A stretch of DNA of 64,000 bases from Schmidtea polychroa (lineage: Eukaryota). The translations under genes and the position numbers were made by a program. Below, in pieces: positions 51,106 to 64,000 of this stretch. Under the pieces are notes generated by a model that did no database searches, was not told the DNA's origin, and saw nothing but the letters and a program-made list of their open reading frames with translations. Numbering within the stretch: position 1 is the first letter of the stretch; each line of letters starts with the position of its first letter. The stretch lies in NCBI GenBank assembly GCA_044892525.1, contig CM097885.1, positions 237,276,001 through 237,340,000 on the forward strand. The letters run 5' to 3'.

Positions 51106-52094
51106 AATCACTCCGGGACCCGTTAAAATTGCGTCCCGCAATTCTGTTAGACATATGAATTTCCCAGGTCATAGTCTATTACATTCCCATTAACCTATAA
51201 ACATACTATAATAGTTTAAGACATGTTAGAATTCAATTAGCAGAAAAAGGTCTAAGCTCAAATTCAAGCAGTTGCCACATACAGTGACTGGTCATAATAC
51301 ACATACATACTGATACAGTGTCCAAACTCAAGGGTGAGTCATATGCAAAAGTTTTATTTCTGGATCAATTCTTCAGTTGGTTGTTTCTTATCGTTTCTGG
51401 GTTGGGTTTTCAATCTTTCGGCTGGGTTTTGTAGGCATGTTTGATTCCTGTTGTTGATTTTCATAATTAGCTCGTAATATTTACTGAAGATCATAGGATT
51501 CTCTCTATCGGGGTTTGACTGTTTTCCCATATTCTCTTTGGATTTTTAGGTTGGGATTCTGATTTTCTGGATTATTTGATGGTATATGACAGACCTTGCT
51601 CAAGGGTCTTCGGAACTTTGTTTAGCTGGGTGATTTGACACATTGATCATTTCTTTTGGTTTTCTTGGTGGTTTTGTTTACGGTATTGCTCTTATTAAGG
51701 GATTTTCTTTCTTTAATGGGTAACTCGAATTATTTTCGATTTTGGTCTAAGTTCGCTTGATTTGATTAAGTTTCTAATGTCACTGGGTCTGTGACTTTAG
51801 TCTCATTTATCAGGATCTTTTACCGTTCTTCGTTTAGGGGTTCCAAATTAGGTATTATTTTTAGATATTCGTTCAACTCATTCTTTCCGGGTTTGCACTT
51901 TTATCTTTCTTCTGGATTTATATTCTTTCTTCTCATTTGGGCCTCTGTTATGCTTTACCACTGTGAGGGTTCAAATTTAGTATTTTCCCAACTGATTACT
52001 TGATCCATTTCTATTTTAATTACTTATACATCGATCCTTTGCAACATTATACATCAATTTTTACATATGTACACTTCCTTTTTACTATTTTTAT

Positions 52095-53800
52095 CTACAC
52101 TTCTTCTTTAATTTCCACTTCACTCTTTATACCCTCAGTTTCCTTTACCTGGCCGTCATCATTTTTGTGTCTGCTGCCATTTCTCTGCATTTCTCTTGCT
52201 TATTCATTATTTCGTTGATTCTTAATTCGGCTGACCTTGCTTCTTCGTTTAGTCTGAATATCGTTGTTTTTTGTACTTCAGTTTCTTTTGTTTTGTTTTC
52301 GGCAACTTGTCCCCTTATTATTATCAATTCATTCTGTCTCCTTTCTCTCATCACAAATCCTTTCATTATGTTACCTTGTTCTATACATTGTCTTCTCAAT
52401 TCTTCGAATACGTTGAGTTTTACATGTTTCTTCCCTTCCACGTACGGTTATCTACTGTTGTTTTATTGACATTGGATGTTGATAATTTTTTCTCTCTGAC
52501 TGTTGAATTCTTTTCTCAGTGCGTATTTGCTTGGTTGGTTCTGCGGTACTTCTCCTTGATTGATTTTTCTCTGGATTTCACCTTCGGACAGTTGTTAATT
52601 ACGTGTCCTGTTCTTTTACATTCGTTTTTACACCTTTTTATACGACGACATTTTTTTCGCAATGCCTCATTCTCTGACAATTCCAACCCATCATATTCAA
52701 AGAACAATTACGCTCATTGTGTCCTCGCTGCTGTCCTTGGTTACGATACTGTTTTTACTTTATTTTCGATATTTGGTTCAATCTCACTTTCATTTTTTAC
52801 CGTTCTTCTGTCACGATGTTTTCATTATTTTCACCAATTCGATTCTCGTGGACTTCGTTGGTCTTCGATTTGTGGCAATATCTTCTGTTGACTGTTCTCG
52901 CGCGATTCTCTTGGATTGCTGTAATATCAGCCTAATTTTCCGTATAATTTCTCCGATTGTTCCCAATGATTCTGATATTTTGTTGGTCCAATGTTACATT
53001 TTCTATTCTTTCGATTGTTTCACTTTCCACTCTTGAGTCCAGAGTTCTTTGTAATTCCCGTTTGTTGCTCGGTGCCACTTTCATCATATTGATTTGTATT
53101 ACTTCTTTTTGTTGTCTTTCACACTTTTCTTCTATCTTTTCCCTCTGGCTGTCATCGGTGGTTATTCTCATGATATCAACTCTCAACAGTTCTTCCTTTC
53201 TCCTCCTCCAATACTCCTCTTCTCTTTTTGCCGGAAATTCTTTTCGTCTACTCCATCTTTCTTCTGCTTCTCGTGCCTTTGTGATCTGTAAGACGTTTCA
53301 TCCTTATTGTTGTTTAGTTGGATTGTTTTCAATTTGTGATCTGCTTCCAACGTATTGTAATACATTTATTCTTGGAGGTTGCTTTCTTTCTATTTCAGAT
53401 TGATACTCGATTATGTCACTGCATAGTTCTGTAAGGATGGTTGTCTGATTTTGCATCTCAGCTAGCTTGTTTGCTCATACATCCGTGCTAGCTCTCCGTT
53501 GTTGGTTTCTTTCTTTAGTTAGGTTTTATTGTCTTTTACTATTTCTGCTTTTATTTTATTTTCTCTTTCATGAAGTTCCACTGGCGTTTTACACTTTTTC
53601 GACTGACTTTTTTGAAATTCCTTTTACTACTGTCTTTTGAGGGTCGACTTTCCGTTTTTTTTAAGATGTCGCTTTGATTTCTCCTTTTTTTCTCTCTTGC
53701 GTTTGCTTGGATTTGATTGTTCGTTTTCCTTTCCTTGCAGCTTTCATTTCTTCTTCGTTTGACATACTTGGTTCTATCATCGATTGGCTTAATGATGTGG
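52095..53800 (-). pseudogene. gag: Degenerate gag of copy 2
   Basis: Fragments homologous to the 853-aa Gag (EELRRQCIEQ...EEARSAELRINEI; ECKRTGHVINNC; DIMRITTDDSQREKI). The capsid-like domain and the first three knuckles are absent, and there are many frameshifts. Confidence 0.88.
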
Positions 53801-54761
53801 TGATGGATTCCGGTTGATTGTTGATACTTGGCTATTATCTTGATTGATTGATTTATCTTACTAGAAAATATCACTCCGCCTTACCGTTTATTATCTTTAT
53901 AAATTATAATTTATATATTATATAACATAATTGCAATATTTTTGTTTTGGTTTCCTTGGGCATCTCTTAATATTTGTTCCTTCGTTCCCTTAGTTCACAC
54001 CTTTATTCTCATGGTTTACTTAATTTTCTCGATCCTTATTTATTTTAATTCATGTTCTTTTTCCTAATTTCTATGGTTTTCTTGGCTTTGAATGACTATC
54101 TCTCCATCTATTAACTTGTATTACCTCTTAGTTTTTCTTCATTTCCAGTTTTAATCATTTCTCGAGTTTACTATAGCGGTTACCCTTTATATTTCCTCCT
54201 TTCATTAACTATTATTGTTATCGTTGCCGGTTTTCTAGACTTAGTTCATTGTTTTACTTAACGGTTTTTCTTCTTAAGCTTGAAACTATATTCACAGTTG
54301 TACTTATATTGCCTCTCATCTGTACTTGACTCATTCCTTGTCATTTCTATAACTCATTCTTAACTAGAATTTCCATTATTCTTCTTATATTCTCATTCTC
54401 TCTTACCAGATCATCTAATATCAATTCATTTCTTGTCATTCCTACTGAGATTTCATTTATTTTCTGTTATATATCTACCCAAAATTTCACCAACCTTATC
54501 ATTCCTAAACTTGCTACTATTTACCTTACAAATTTTTAACTCGTTAGATTCTTCATTCAAAATAATCATCTGAAACAAAATTCTTATCCCATTGGTCTCC
54601 ACTTTCGAGACTTATTAAAAATTCTCAATTTCCCCGATTCTACGTTTGAAACTTTAAAAATCATTATCTGGTCCGCTTCTACTTTTGAAACTTCTGAATG
54701 ATGTACAATTCCCATTACGTCGGTTGTGATTAACCAAAATCCTAAATTTTCGTCGATGTTG

Positions 54762-54833
54762 AATTATCTATGTGGTCGTATCAATTATCTATGTGGTCGT
54801 AACAATTATCTATGTGGTCGTATCAATTATCTA
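54762..54833. repeat. 21-bp tandem repeat (aattatctatgtggtcgtatc), ~3.5 copies
   Basis: Direct inspection. Confidence 0.9.
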
Positions 54834-55316
54834 TAATTATCAATTATAATATCAATTGGTCGTTGTCCGTTGCTGCTTATTACCCCTCCTCATTTTCCTA
54901 GTATACTCTTGCGCAATTTCGCCATTTTACCTATCCTTTTATATCTAATTCACCTATTACTCTTTACTCGGTTCTACTCTGGAACCAATAAAAATTCACT
55001 TTCCTGGCTTAAACCACAACAATTCTGTAGGATTGCTCTACCTCACTAGGATCCTCTTAATTATTTATTCATTTCCCCTTTATTCATCACTTATTCTCAC
55101 TTGTTCTCTATCATTATCATCTTTTAATTCATAATTTTTCCTACTTCTCTTTATCACTAACGTTTTATTATCATCTATCACGAGCTCGTTTATTCCTCAT
55201 CGGATTTCATCATCCTATCTCAATGTGATTAATAAATTATTTCACTATCTTAGTTCTCTGGCTACTTCCCTAGGTTAGCTCTATGGCTGTCTCTCTATTG
55301 TCAGCACTCTGGCTGC

Positions 55317-55774
55317 CACTATTGTCCGTTTTATTTCACGGCCTCACTATCGTCCGTATTATTTCACGGCCTCACTATTGTCCGTATTATTTCACGGCCT
55401 CACTATTGTCCGTATTATTTCACGGCCTCACTATTGTCCGTATTATTTCACGGCCTCACTATTGTCCGTATTATTTCACGGCCTCACTATTGTCCGTATT
55501 ATTTCACGGCCTCACTATTGTCCGTATTATTTCACGGCCTCACTATTGTCCGTATTATTTCACGGCCTCACTATTGTCCGTATTATTTCACGGCCTCACT
55601 ATTGTCCGTATTATTTCACGGCCTCACTATTGTCCGTATTATTTCACGGCCTCACTATTGTCCGTATTATTTCACGGCCTCACTATTGTCCGTATTATTT
55701 CACGGCCTCACTATTGTCCGTATTATTTCACGGCCTCACTATTGTCCGTATTATTTCACGGCCTCACTATTGTC
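55317..55774. repeat. 28-bp minisatellite (cactattgtccgtattatttcacggcct), ~16 copies
   Basis: Head-to-tail, near-perfect units with no spacers. Absent from copy 1. Confidence 0.97.
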
Positions 55775-55875
55775 GTCTTCCCTTAGTCACTGTGCACTTT
55801 CCAAACGTTTATCCCCTGCATATCTGTTTTATACTGCTCTTACGGGTTTTCCTCACTCCCCTGACTCAGGATTCC

Positions 55876-56043
55876 ATCTATTATTCGCATCTATCATTCG
55901 CATCTATTATTCGCATCTATTATTCGCATCTAGTATTCGCATCTATTATTCGTATCTATTATTCGCATCTATTATTCGTATCAATTATTCGCATCTATTA
56001 TTCGCATCTACTATTCGCATCTATTATTCGCATCTATTATTCG
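55876..56043 (-). repeat. 13-bp minisatellite (catctattattcg), ~13 copies with variants
   Basis: Reverse complement of the unit at 25831-26039. Confidence 0.95.
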
Positions 56044-59000
56044 TCTACCGGTTATCTTATGAATTGAGTCTTTAAGCTCTAATTGTTTCCCTTTACTCCG
56101 CTCTGTCTTTTCCCATTTACTTGGTCTCTTTTTATTTCTCCTGTATGCTTCTTTTTACTACTCTTCCAGGTTTTCCCCACTCTCCTGACTCTGGATGCGA
56201 AACATTCGCACTGGTCGATCTCCGATCGTGTGGTGATCAGTCACACGCAGAGATGTTCCAGTATATGCGATGGGCCCTGTTCCACATCTTTCGTCAGGAC
56301 AGTTGGTACTTTCCTGGTCTTATCCGTACTACGCTGAGCGTAGCTCATAGGTTGTGGATGTCCTAAATCCTAACAGAAAAATTTTCCTTATTCATTTGCT
56401 CTCAATTTTCATAATACTTTATTTTCATTTTTACATCGTGCTCTTAATCTACTTATCTCGATTACTCTTGGTCCTTCTTCATTATTCTAAATATATCCAC
56501 GTCTCTTGTCTAGTTAACGTCTTATTGCTATCGCTTTTACTCTCACCGCTTCGGTTGACTTGTTTCTCGTTAATATGCTCACTGTTTTCTCAGGCAGATC
56601 CCTCTCGCATCACTCGTTAATATTTGTTTATCCATTTTATTCGTTACCCTTCTATTCGTTAATGGTTTATTTATTAAACATCCCTGCTCAATTTTGTAAT
56701 TTATCACGCTTCCGTATTTGTATATTTTCCTTAGCTTTGATTTTTTATGTTACCTCTCACTGATTTCCCCGTCATACTGTTTCTCATTTCGTATATTTTA
56801 CGTTTTCAAAGTTTGTTCGTTGTTTTTCTGTTTATGGGCCTCTTTGTTCTACTCCTTATATTTTATGTTTTTAACTTATTTCCGCGTCTATTTGCTAATT
56901 TACTTTTGGCACGTAACTTTGGTTGTTCATTTATTTTCATTATCTCATTTAATTGTTTATCTATGTCTACATATACACGCATATACTTATACATATACCC
57001 TTATCCATAAACATATATTCATATACATATATCCACCTATATCCGGATACCTCCATCTATACGCATTTCTCCCTCGCTGTTCCTGGAGTGGTTGATATTA
57101 TTGCTTCTATCATTTCTGAATTTATTCAAATTTATCATTCAAATTCCCACAATTACAACTTTTTGTTTCGTAATAAAAGTAGACATAACTAAAACTTTTG
57201 TTCGATGTTTTTAATTGATCTCATTTTTGTTAGCATCTATTTGTTGTTTTAATTGGCGTGTCGTGATGTTAAATTTTCAATTTTTTATTCTATTTCATTG
57301 TATCGTGTTTCATTTTATATTTGTCGTTTCTTGTAATTTCGATTTTTCATTCAAATGTCCTTGCCCTTGCTTTCTTTCTGTGAATTTGTTACTTGTTGTT
57401 TTCTGTTTTTTCATTTCGTTCTGTGTTTACCTTGTCATTTTTAACGTGTTTATTTATTCACATTCTATTTTGTTATATGTGCGCTCTTCATTTTCTGTCA
57501 ATCATGTTTTTGTATAATTTTTCCCGATTGTTCCTATTATTGCTCATGTCCATTTTGACTTTCATATTGGTCTCCCGTTTGTTGTTATCTTAGTTTGTAG
57601 TTTGTTCTCATTTTCCTCCGCGTCTTCGCCAAATGTCGTCCCCGACATTCATTATTTGATTTATTTATTATCTTGTGTTCTCTTGGTTCTCACTATTTTG
57701 TTCTCGTGTCTTCTCTACAATATTTGCCAAACGTCCATTTCTCTGATTGATTTTCCTTACTCTTAAATAAACGTAGATTTTGATGTTTTGATTTTTCGCA
57801 TTATTTTATCTTTGTTTATGGTGATCGGCCCTCTACTTTTATTATATATCATTTTGGTTGGGGTGTATACACCGATATATGCAATTATTTATATATAATT
57901 AGTCCTCTTTTTGGCACTCAGTTCTGCCATTACCGTCTCTTTTCCATGTTATGACCATGCTAATAGTTCGTTGTGTTTCTCTCCTTTACGCAAAATACAG
58001 ATACAGTGTTCTTCTGCTCGTTCCACCTCCCTCTCGGAATAATTTACTCATCATCTTAAAACAATTTTTTATGAATACTATGCTGGATTTGTTAAAACTA
58101 TTTGTACTTCATCTTCAGTTTAATGCATTTTCCTTTTCCCGTTTCCTTTTTACGTCTGATATTCTCCGTTACATTCTGACCATATCTTTCTCTCTTTGTT
58201 TTCCTCGGCTATTCTCAGTAGTTCATTTCTTGCATTTGGCTTTATCATTAGAGTTGTTCTATTTCTCTTCACTTTAGTTCACTTTTTCCTCTCTGGTCCT
58301 TGATTATTCTCTCACGAACAAATTCCTTGTTCAAATTTTCGATTAGATTGTTCCTCCATGAGATTCCTTGCTTCTGTATAGCTAATGTTATTTACGATAA
58401 TATTACGCTTTTCTGCTTCCATATTTCCCCTTTGGGGGTATTGGGATTGATTTCCATTGTGATCCGTTTCATTCTATTAATTCACCTACATTGATTCCTA
58501 ATCTTTTGTCTGAATTTTGTTTCATTTTACTTCCCGAAGTTATATACTGATTATACCGCGCTGATATATATACATATATTTTTATATAATCATATACCTT
58601 TATATATTCATTGTTCACACTATATATAGTCATAACCCTTTCTATGTATGTGGGTTCGTAATTCGTGATACTTTCTAGATCTCTCCCCACTGTTCTTAGT
58701 TTAGTGTTCTGTACTCTTTCATTTACTGTATATTTCACCCGTCTGGTTCTACTTGTTTCCCATTCTCTATCGTTGACGTTGGATAATTTTTCATACTTCG
58801 TTCCGGTTATTAATATGAGCATCGTACGTATAACTGTCTTGTATATTCATATTACTTTGGCTAACCTTGAGCTTCCTGGTTTCTTTCGCTGGATCATTTG
58901 TCGATATCCACCACGTTATTCCGGTGTCTTGTGTATTTATTTTCATTAATTTCTGTATTTATTTTGTTAACTTCCTGAGCCGTTCTACATAAATTTTAAA

Positions 59001-62000
59001 ATTCATTTTCTACATATCCATTGATGTCTGTGATGTTCGCCTATTTTGCAACGTTGTCCAGTCACTTTTAATTTAGTTCTTGTGCCTTTGACACGGGGAT
59101 TTTCGATTTACTTCTGCTCACTTTTATACTGTGATTGTTATTGATGGAGTATTCGCGATTGTCATTAGTTCAGTTCTCAAACAGTTTTTCTTTTCATTTG
59201 TCTTGCAGCCACGTTCAGTTCTTACTTTTATTCATTTACTTAACGCTTTTATATTTTCTATGTTGATGACAAGTAGCTATCAGTATACCAATGATGTTTC
59301 GATGCCTTTCATTGTATTTACTTCCTAGTCTCTTCATAGATTTTGTTGCCCCACTCTGTTTCGCTCGATCTACAAAGCTCTTGGTATGTTTCTTTCTCCA
59401 GTACTGTGTTCACTCGGAAGAATGGGCGGGCACTATCCTTTTCACAATATTATTCATTCTGAATTAACCTTTGTAGAAGCTATATCTTAATGGGTGATTC
59501 AATTATTTCTATGTTAAGAACTTGATTACCCTTCGTTTTGTTTGATATTCGGTGTTTTATTATTTGTTGTACTTTGCTATATTTGAATGTTCGTTTAATT
59601 ATCTTTTGCTGTTCTTATTTCCCATTTTACCACAATGTATTTTGACATCTTTGGATACTATTCCCGATTTACCGATGGATAAAGAAGGTAATGTGATGTG
59701 GTCAGTACCAAAATCATTCGCTTTCAAACTCTAACGCAATATTCATTTCACTCAAACAACCCCATACCTGCTTTTCCAGACGCATTCAATACTTACACCG
59801 AGTTACAATAGACAATCATCCCATCTTCGTTTTCTTATACATCATCTGGCCGACACATACATGTAATTTAAAAAAGGTTACTCCATCCATCTACCAATTT
59901 ACTACTTCGGAAAAGTCTTTTGAAAATTAATTATCACCAATTCAGAAATATTTATTACCAAACTATTAGCACAATTTTCGAATACAAATTTTTATTTATT
60001 TTATTAACCATTAATTCTAATTAATCTTCCTATTTATTAATTATCAGTTTGTCACATACTTACTCAAAACAGACGCATTCAATTTCAATCCAAAATGCAT
60101 ATACTAAGATATATTAATCAGACGAATTTAGTTATCCTGTGCAATGTCAAAACCAACGATTTGGATCCGCCAACTCTGAAACTCGATGACATAACATAAC
60201 GCAACACCATAAAAGTCCCTTAGGAAGCAACCTGATAACTCCCTGTGTTGGCACTATTCACCATTAACATTCGACAAATTATTGACACAAATATGCCCAA
60301 GCACACAAACAACCAATCCTCAGTTGCACCCGAACCAAACCGTCATTCAATCATGCGATCATTCATAACAAATTTAGCAGAAAAGAATTTTATATTTCCT
60401 TTTATCAACATTAACCTAACTTACTTATTCCATCATAACTAAAATTCCAATTTTTGAATTGATAAAAATCCAACCGAACCGAAATTCATTTTTATTCCAT
60501 TCTTTTGATCCTATAATCAGTGATACACGCATACATTATCCTTTTGATACGCACATTTTTGAATATTTTAACCAAGAACCTTCCCATCTACCCCTAAATC
60601 CAGAATATCAGAAAAATAAACTGACTATCCACGCATTGATGGATTTGATGTGGGAAGAATTCAAATGGATATTCATTGATGGTTTTGCATGTAAGATTTG
60701 ATAGTCGCTCAAAGTTTTATTCAACATCGACAAAACAACGAAACAAACCGAGAGAAATTACAATGAATCGAAGAACTAATCAAATTTCCAGCATCATTTT
60801 CAAAAGTAAATATTCGAATCATTATTCCAATTGATAGACATATTAACATCAATAAAAACAAATTCCATTTTCGTTTTATAAATCTCATAAAATTTCAATT
60901 TCATCTGAACACTACAGCAAAAATCCAAATCTCGTTTCTGATTGGCCGCTTTTCATGCACGTAGAAAATCAATACCTGCACACATGCCATGCCATGCCGC
61001 CGGCACGCACACTATACGATTGTATATTCAATCTAGACTGTTGTAGAGCTTGAGTGGTAAAATCCGGAATATTTTATTACTACACACACATACACATTTT
61101 TCAGATATTACCTCAAGCCGACAACGGACAGCTGGTGTTGTCGGCAAATATTTTCAGTTTTTAATCTGGATTTCACATCATTCAACAATGCCAGCGGTAG
61201 ACTTAAAAGCACTGAGAAAAATTCATTGACTATGTACCACCACACCAGTCGCTAAATACCCACAAGCTATCGCTGGAAGTGTAGTTACAATTAATTTTTA
61301 TAGCTGCTCCGGAACCATAAACACGCCTACACCGATTTCAGACACTTCACAATCAATCCAACTCCATTTATCCGTCACAAGGCCAATCTGACACACACAC
61401 GCGAGTTGAAACCAGAAACACTTCAAAAAACACTTCCCTGTCAACACTTCAAAACAAATCATCATGCACACAATTCTCAGGCAACTACTTAATAACATTG
61501 TGTTGGTAATTCAAGTGTTCTGGTTGCTATATTTTTTCTTTTATCGATTATTCTACCAGAATTTTTTGGTTTCATTTTATGGATTTTTTAGGTAAGATTT
61601 GCTAACTTTTGAGTAAAAATTTTTTCATGGTTTTAGATTTTATTCGCAATCATCATCCTTATATTCCAGATTCTTGTGAATTTCTAGGAAATTGATCATA
61701 TTTTATTCTCAGATTATTTTCGCTATAAGGTAAATATATTCTACCTATTTTTCAATTTCAATTTTTTAATTAACTAAGTATTTTAGAATTTGTTATTAGG
61801 TGCTTTTATGAAATTTCATACCATGCTCTTGATTTATTTTGGATTGTTTCGTTGACAGGTAAGTTCTATATATTTTACCTATTTGTTTTTAAATAAATTT
61901 TTTCAAATTTAGTTTTGTCTTTTGATGCTTATATAATTTAATTTTTGTGGTTTTATTTAAGTTAATTTTTATTTTAAATTTCTATTTTTATAGTTAAATT

Positions 62001-62664
62001 AAATTTTATTTCAACCTATTTAATTTCCTTACTAAAATAATTTTTATTTTAGATTTCCTTTTACCCCAATTAATTTTATTTCCGGATTAACTTATTTTTA
62101 TAAATTTTAAATTATAATTTTCCTATTGTTATTTGAGCATGGCTTTTCGGCAACATCAAGTTTCGACTTTATTATTACGAATTTATTATGATTATTTGGT
62201 CGTGGTTTTTCCGATCAAAGAAATGTAAATATATCCCGTTTTTTATTTATTAACCTAAATTTTTCCAAAATTTTATTTTTTGTAGTTGGTAATTAGAAAA
62301 TTTTTCTAATCCAAGCGATTCTATTTCCCGAAACAAAAATAATTTTTATTTTTATTCATTTTAATTTTATGTGTTCGTTTGGTTCTTTTGCCCAAATTAA
62401 TTTTATTTCTAGCATAATTCCTAACTTAAGTTTCCCAATTTTCGTTCTACCTAATTTTCCATTTACCATGATTAAATTTTATTTCTAAACAATTTTTTCT
62501 TTAATTAATTTTTATTTCTAATTTTCTTAATTCAATATTTTCCTTTTTACACAATTTCTCCTTTTGATGTTGAAGTTGAATTTTCCGAATAATTGCCATT
62601 TTTGGAGTTCGAAAATTTATTAGTTAGTAATGCTTTTCCGCCACAAACAATTTATAAACCTAGA

Positions 62665-62682
62665 ATCCCGGCTGAGCCCCCA
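62665..62682 (-). promoter_or_regulatory. tRNA-Pro primer-binding site of copy 2
   Basis: atcccggctgagccccca, 7 nt from the LTR edge at 62690. Confidence 0.9.
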
Positions 62683-62689
62683 AAAATCA

Positions 62690-64000
62690 TGTTGGTTACT
62701 TAGGGGTGTGACATTTAAAATTTTTAAATACATTAGGGGTAATCATATATATTCACTCGACTCTTTCCTAAGCACCTCCATGACTATTGTACTTTAACCA
62801 TTTGTGTACCCATGGCGACGACCATGTTGGTAATGTACACAAAGACGAAAAAACAATAGAGCAGGTGAGCTCTATTACTAAAACTACTCCCCATTGGATT
62901 TTCTTTTCGGGTTCTAGACTGCCGATAGAAGGTCTTACGTCATTATTCACTATGTATGCTATTTTTGGATCGTTGTTGGTCCTCAATTACGGGTATTTCT
63001 AATTGTTCTCTTATCAAAAATTTTTTTTTGCAGGGTTCTGCCCTTATTTTCCAGCTAGTAATTATTGTTCTACACTTCCTACAATATCTAAATCAGCCTT
63101 TGAAAAATTTGAGCAGGGATCTGCCTGTGTTTCTAACCCTGAGCTGTCGTAAAAATTACGTAAATCTAACTTTATCTATCTTCAACTGGTCTCAACCTAT
63201 TCCATCTTCGCTCCCAACTCACTTATATAAAAAAAAATAAAGGTGACTAAGCCACCTGCATTATCTAAATCTAAATATAATCCTCAACGGCCTAAAATGA
63301 CATTACACTCCCTAATCATTCCTATCACTATCACTATCCTCTAACCCGATGGACTCAACCGGCGAAATATCTGCCGAACAACAGCACGTAGTGCCGCCCG
63401 TCCACAAACTTTTCCCCAGCCCAGTCCATCGACACAATCAACGAATAATGTAATTGAATTCAATAAAAATTATGATTTAGAATAAATGAATTTAAACCAT
63501 TAAAAAAGATCACTAAAGAAAATTTAACCGAGACATATAAAATTTATTAATTAAAATACTTCATAAGAATTACAAAAACAATAAAAAATAATTTACCACA
63601 TCCACGTTGGCATATAATCGGAACTGAGAGTTCTGCAAATTAAGTGGCTATGTTGAAAAAAGAGAGAGTTTGTTGCGTCCTTCAATTGAATTTGTGATCA
63701 GTATTTATACTGATTTTGAATGCGTACGCTATCCAATCAGAGTGCGAGAATTATTGAATTGATTTTGCACACATGCATGAATGTGTGTAATTATTTATTT
63801 GTTTTAATTTCATAAATTTAATTAATTTCTTATTTAATTTTTATTAATTTTAATTTTACAAATTTTATAATTTAACTAATTTGAGTTATCTTAATTTTTA
63901 TTAATTTAACCATTTTTATTCTTTAATTTTAATAAGTTACATAACCATTTCATTCTATAAACTTTACAATTTACATAATGCTAATTAATTTTATTATTTT
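62690..64000 (-). repeat. 5' LTR of copy 2 (truncated by the window end)
   Basis: Nearly identical to 49983-51105 in the shared parts. Confidence 0.95.

Larger units (their letters stand above)
49983..64000 (-). mobile_element. Large non-autonomous LTR retrotransposon, copy 2 (gag destroyed); the 5' LTR runs off the window
   Basis: 3' LTR 49983-51105, internal region 51106-62689, PBS 62665-62682, 5' LTR from 62690. Long blocks are reverse complements of copy 1. Confidence 0.94.

Noticed and set aside
55317..55774. 28-bp repeats as a CRISPR array
   Set aside because: Units are head-to-tail with no unique spacers, there are no cas genes, and the context is eukaryotic.
55283..56075. Long ORFs with SVLFHGLTIVRIISRPHYCPYYFTA repeats
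   Set aside because: Open in all three frames simply because the minisatellite unit lacks stops.

Overview
AT-rich, repeat-dense eukaryotic DNA, probably animal given the tiny 43-50 nt GT-AG introns and the gene content. I can support only two intact cellular genes: a five-exon ubiquitin C-terminal hydrolase (UCH-L type, 13250-14095) and a single-ORF ARM-like/TIR/SAM-like protein (42390-44090). There is also a decayed poly(A)-binding-protein pseudogene (10678-12640). Most of the rest is nested transposons. The dominant element is a ~15 kb Gypsy-like LTR retroelement family with ~1.6 kb LTRs (TGTTG...CAACA), a 4-bp TSD and a tRNA-Pro PBS. It encodes only a Gag-like protein, has no pol, and carries an ~8 kb leader with minisatellites and antisense features. 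It is present as two long copies in opposite orientation (17202-33157 on +; 49983 to beyond the window end on -), plus solo and diverged LTRs. The first copy sits inside a hAT transposon (16512-36717, 8-bp TSD) that also carries a Buster-type MITE. A Blackjack-type hAT, a non-autonomous Helitron, a mariner relic, other solo LTRs and microsatellites make up the remainder. No CRISPR, rRNA or tRNA genes were recognised. All family assignments come from motif recognition by eye, not from database searches.
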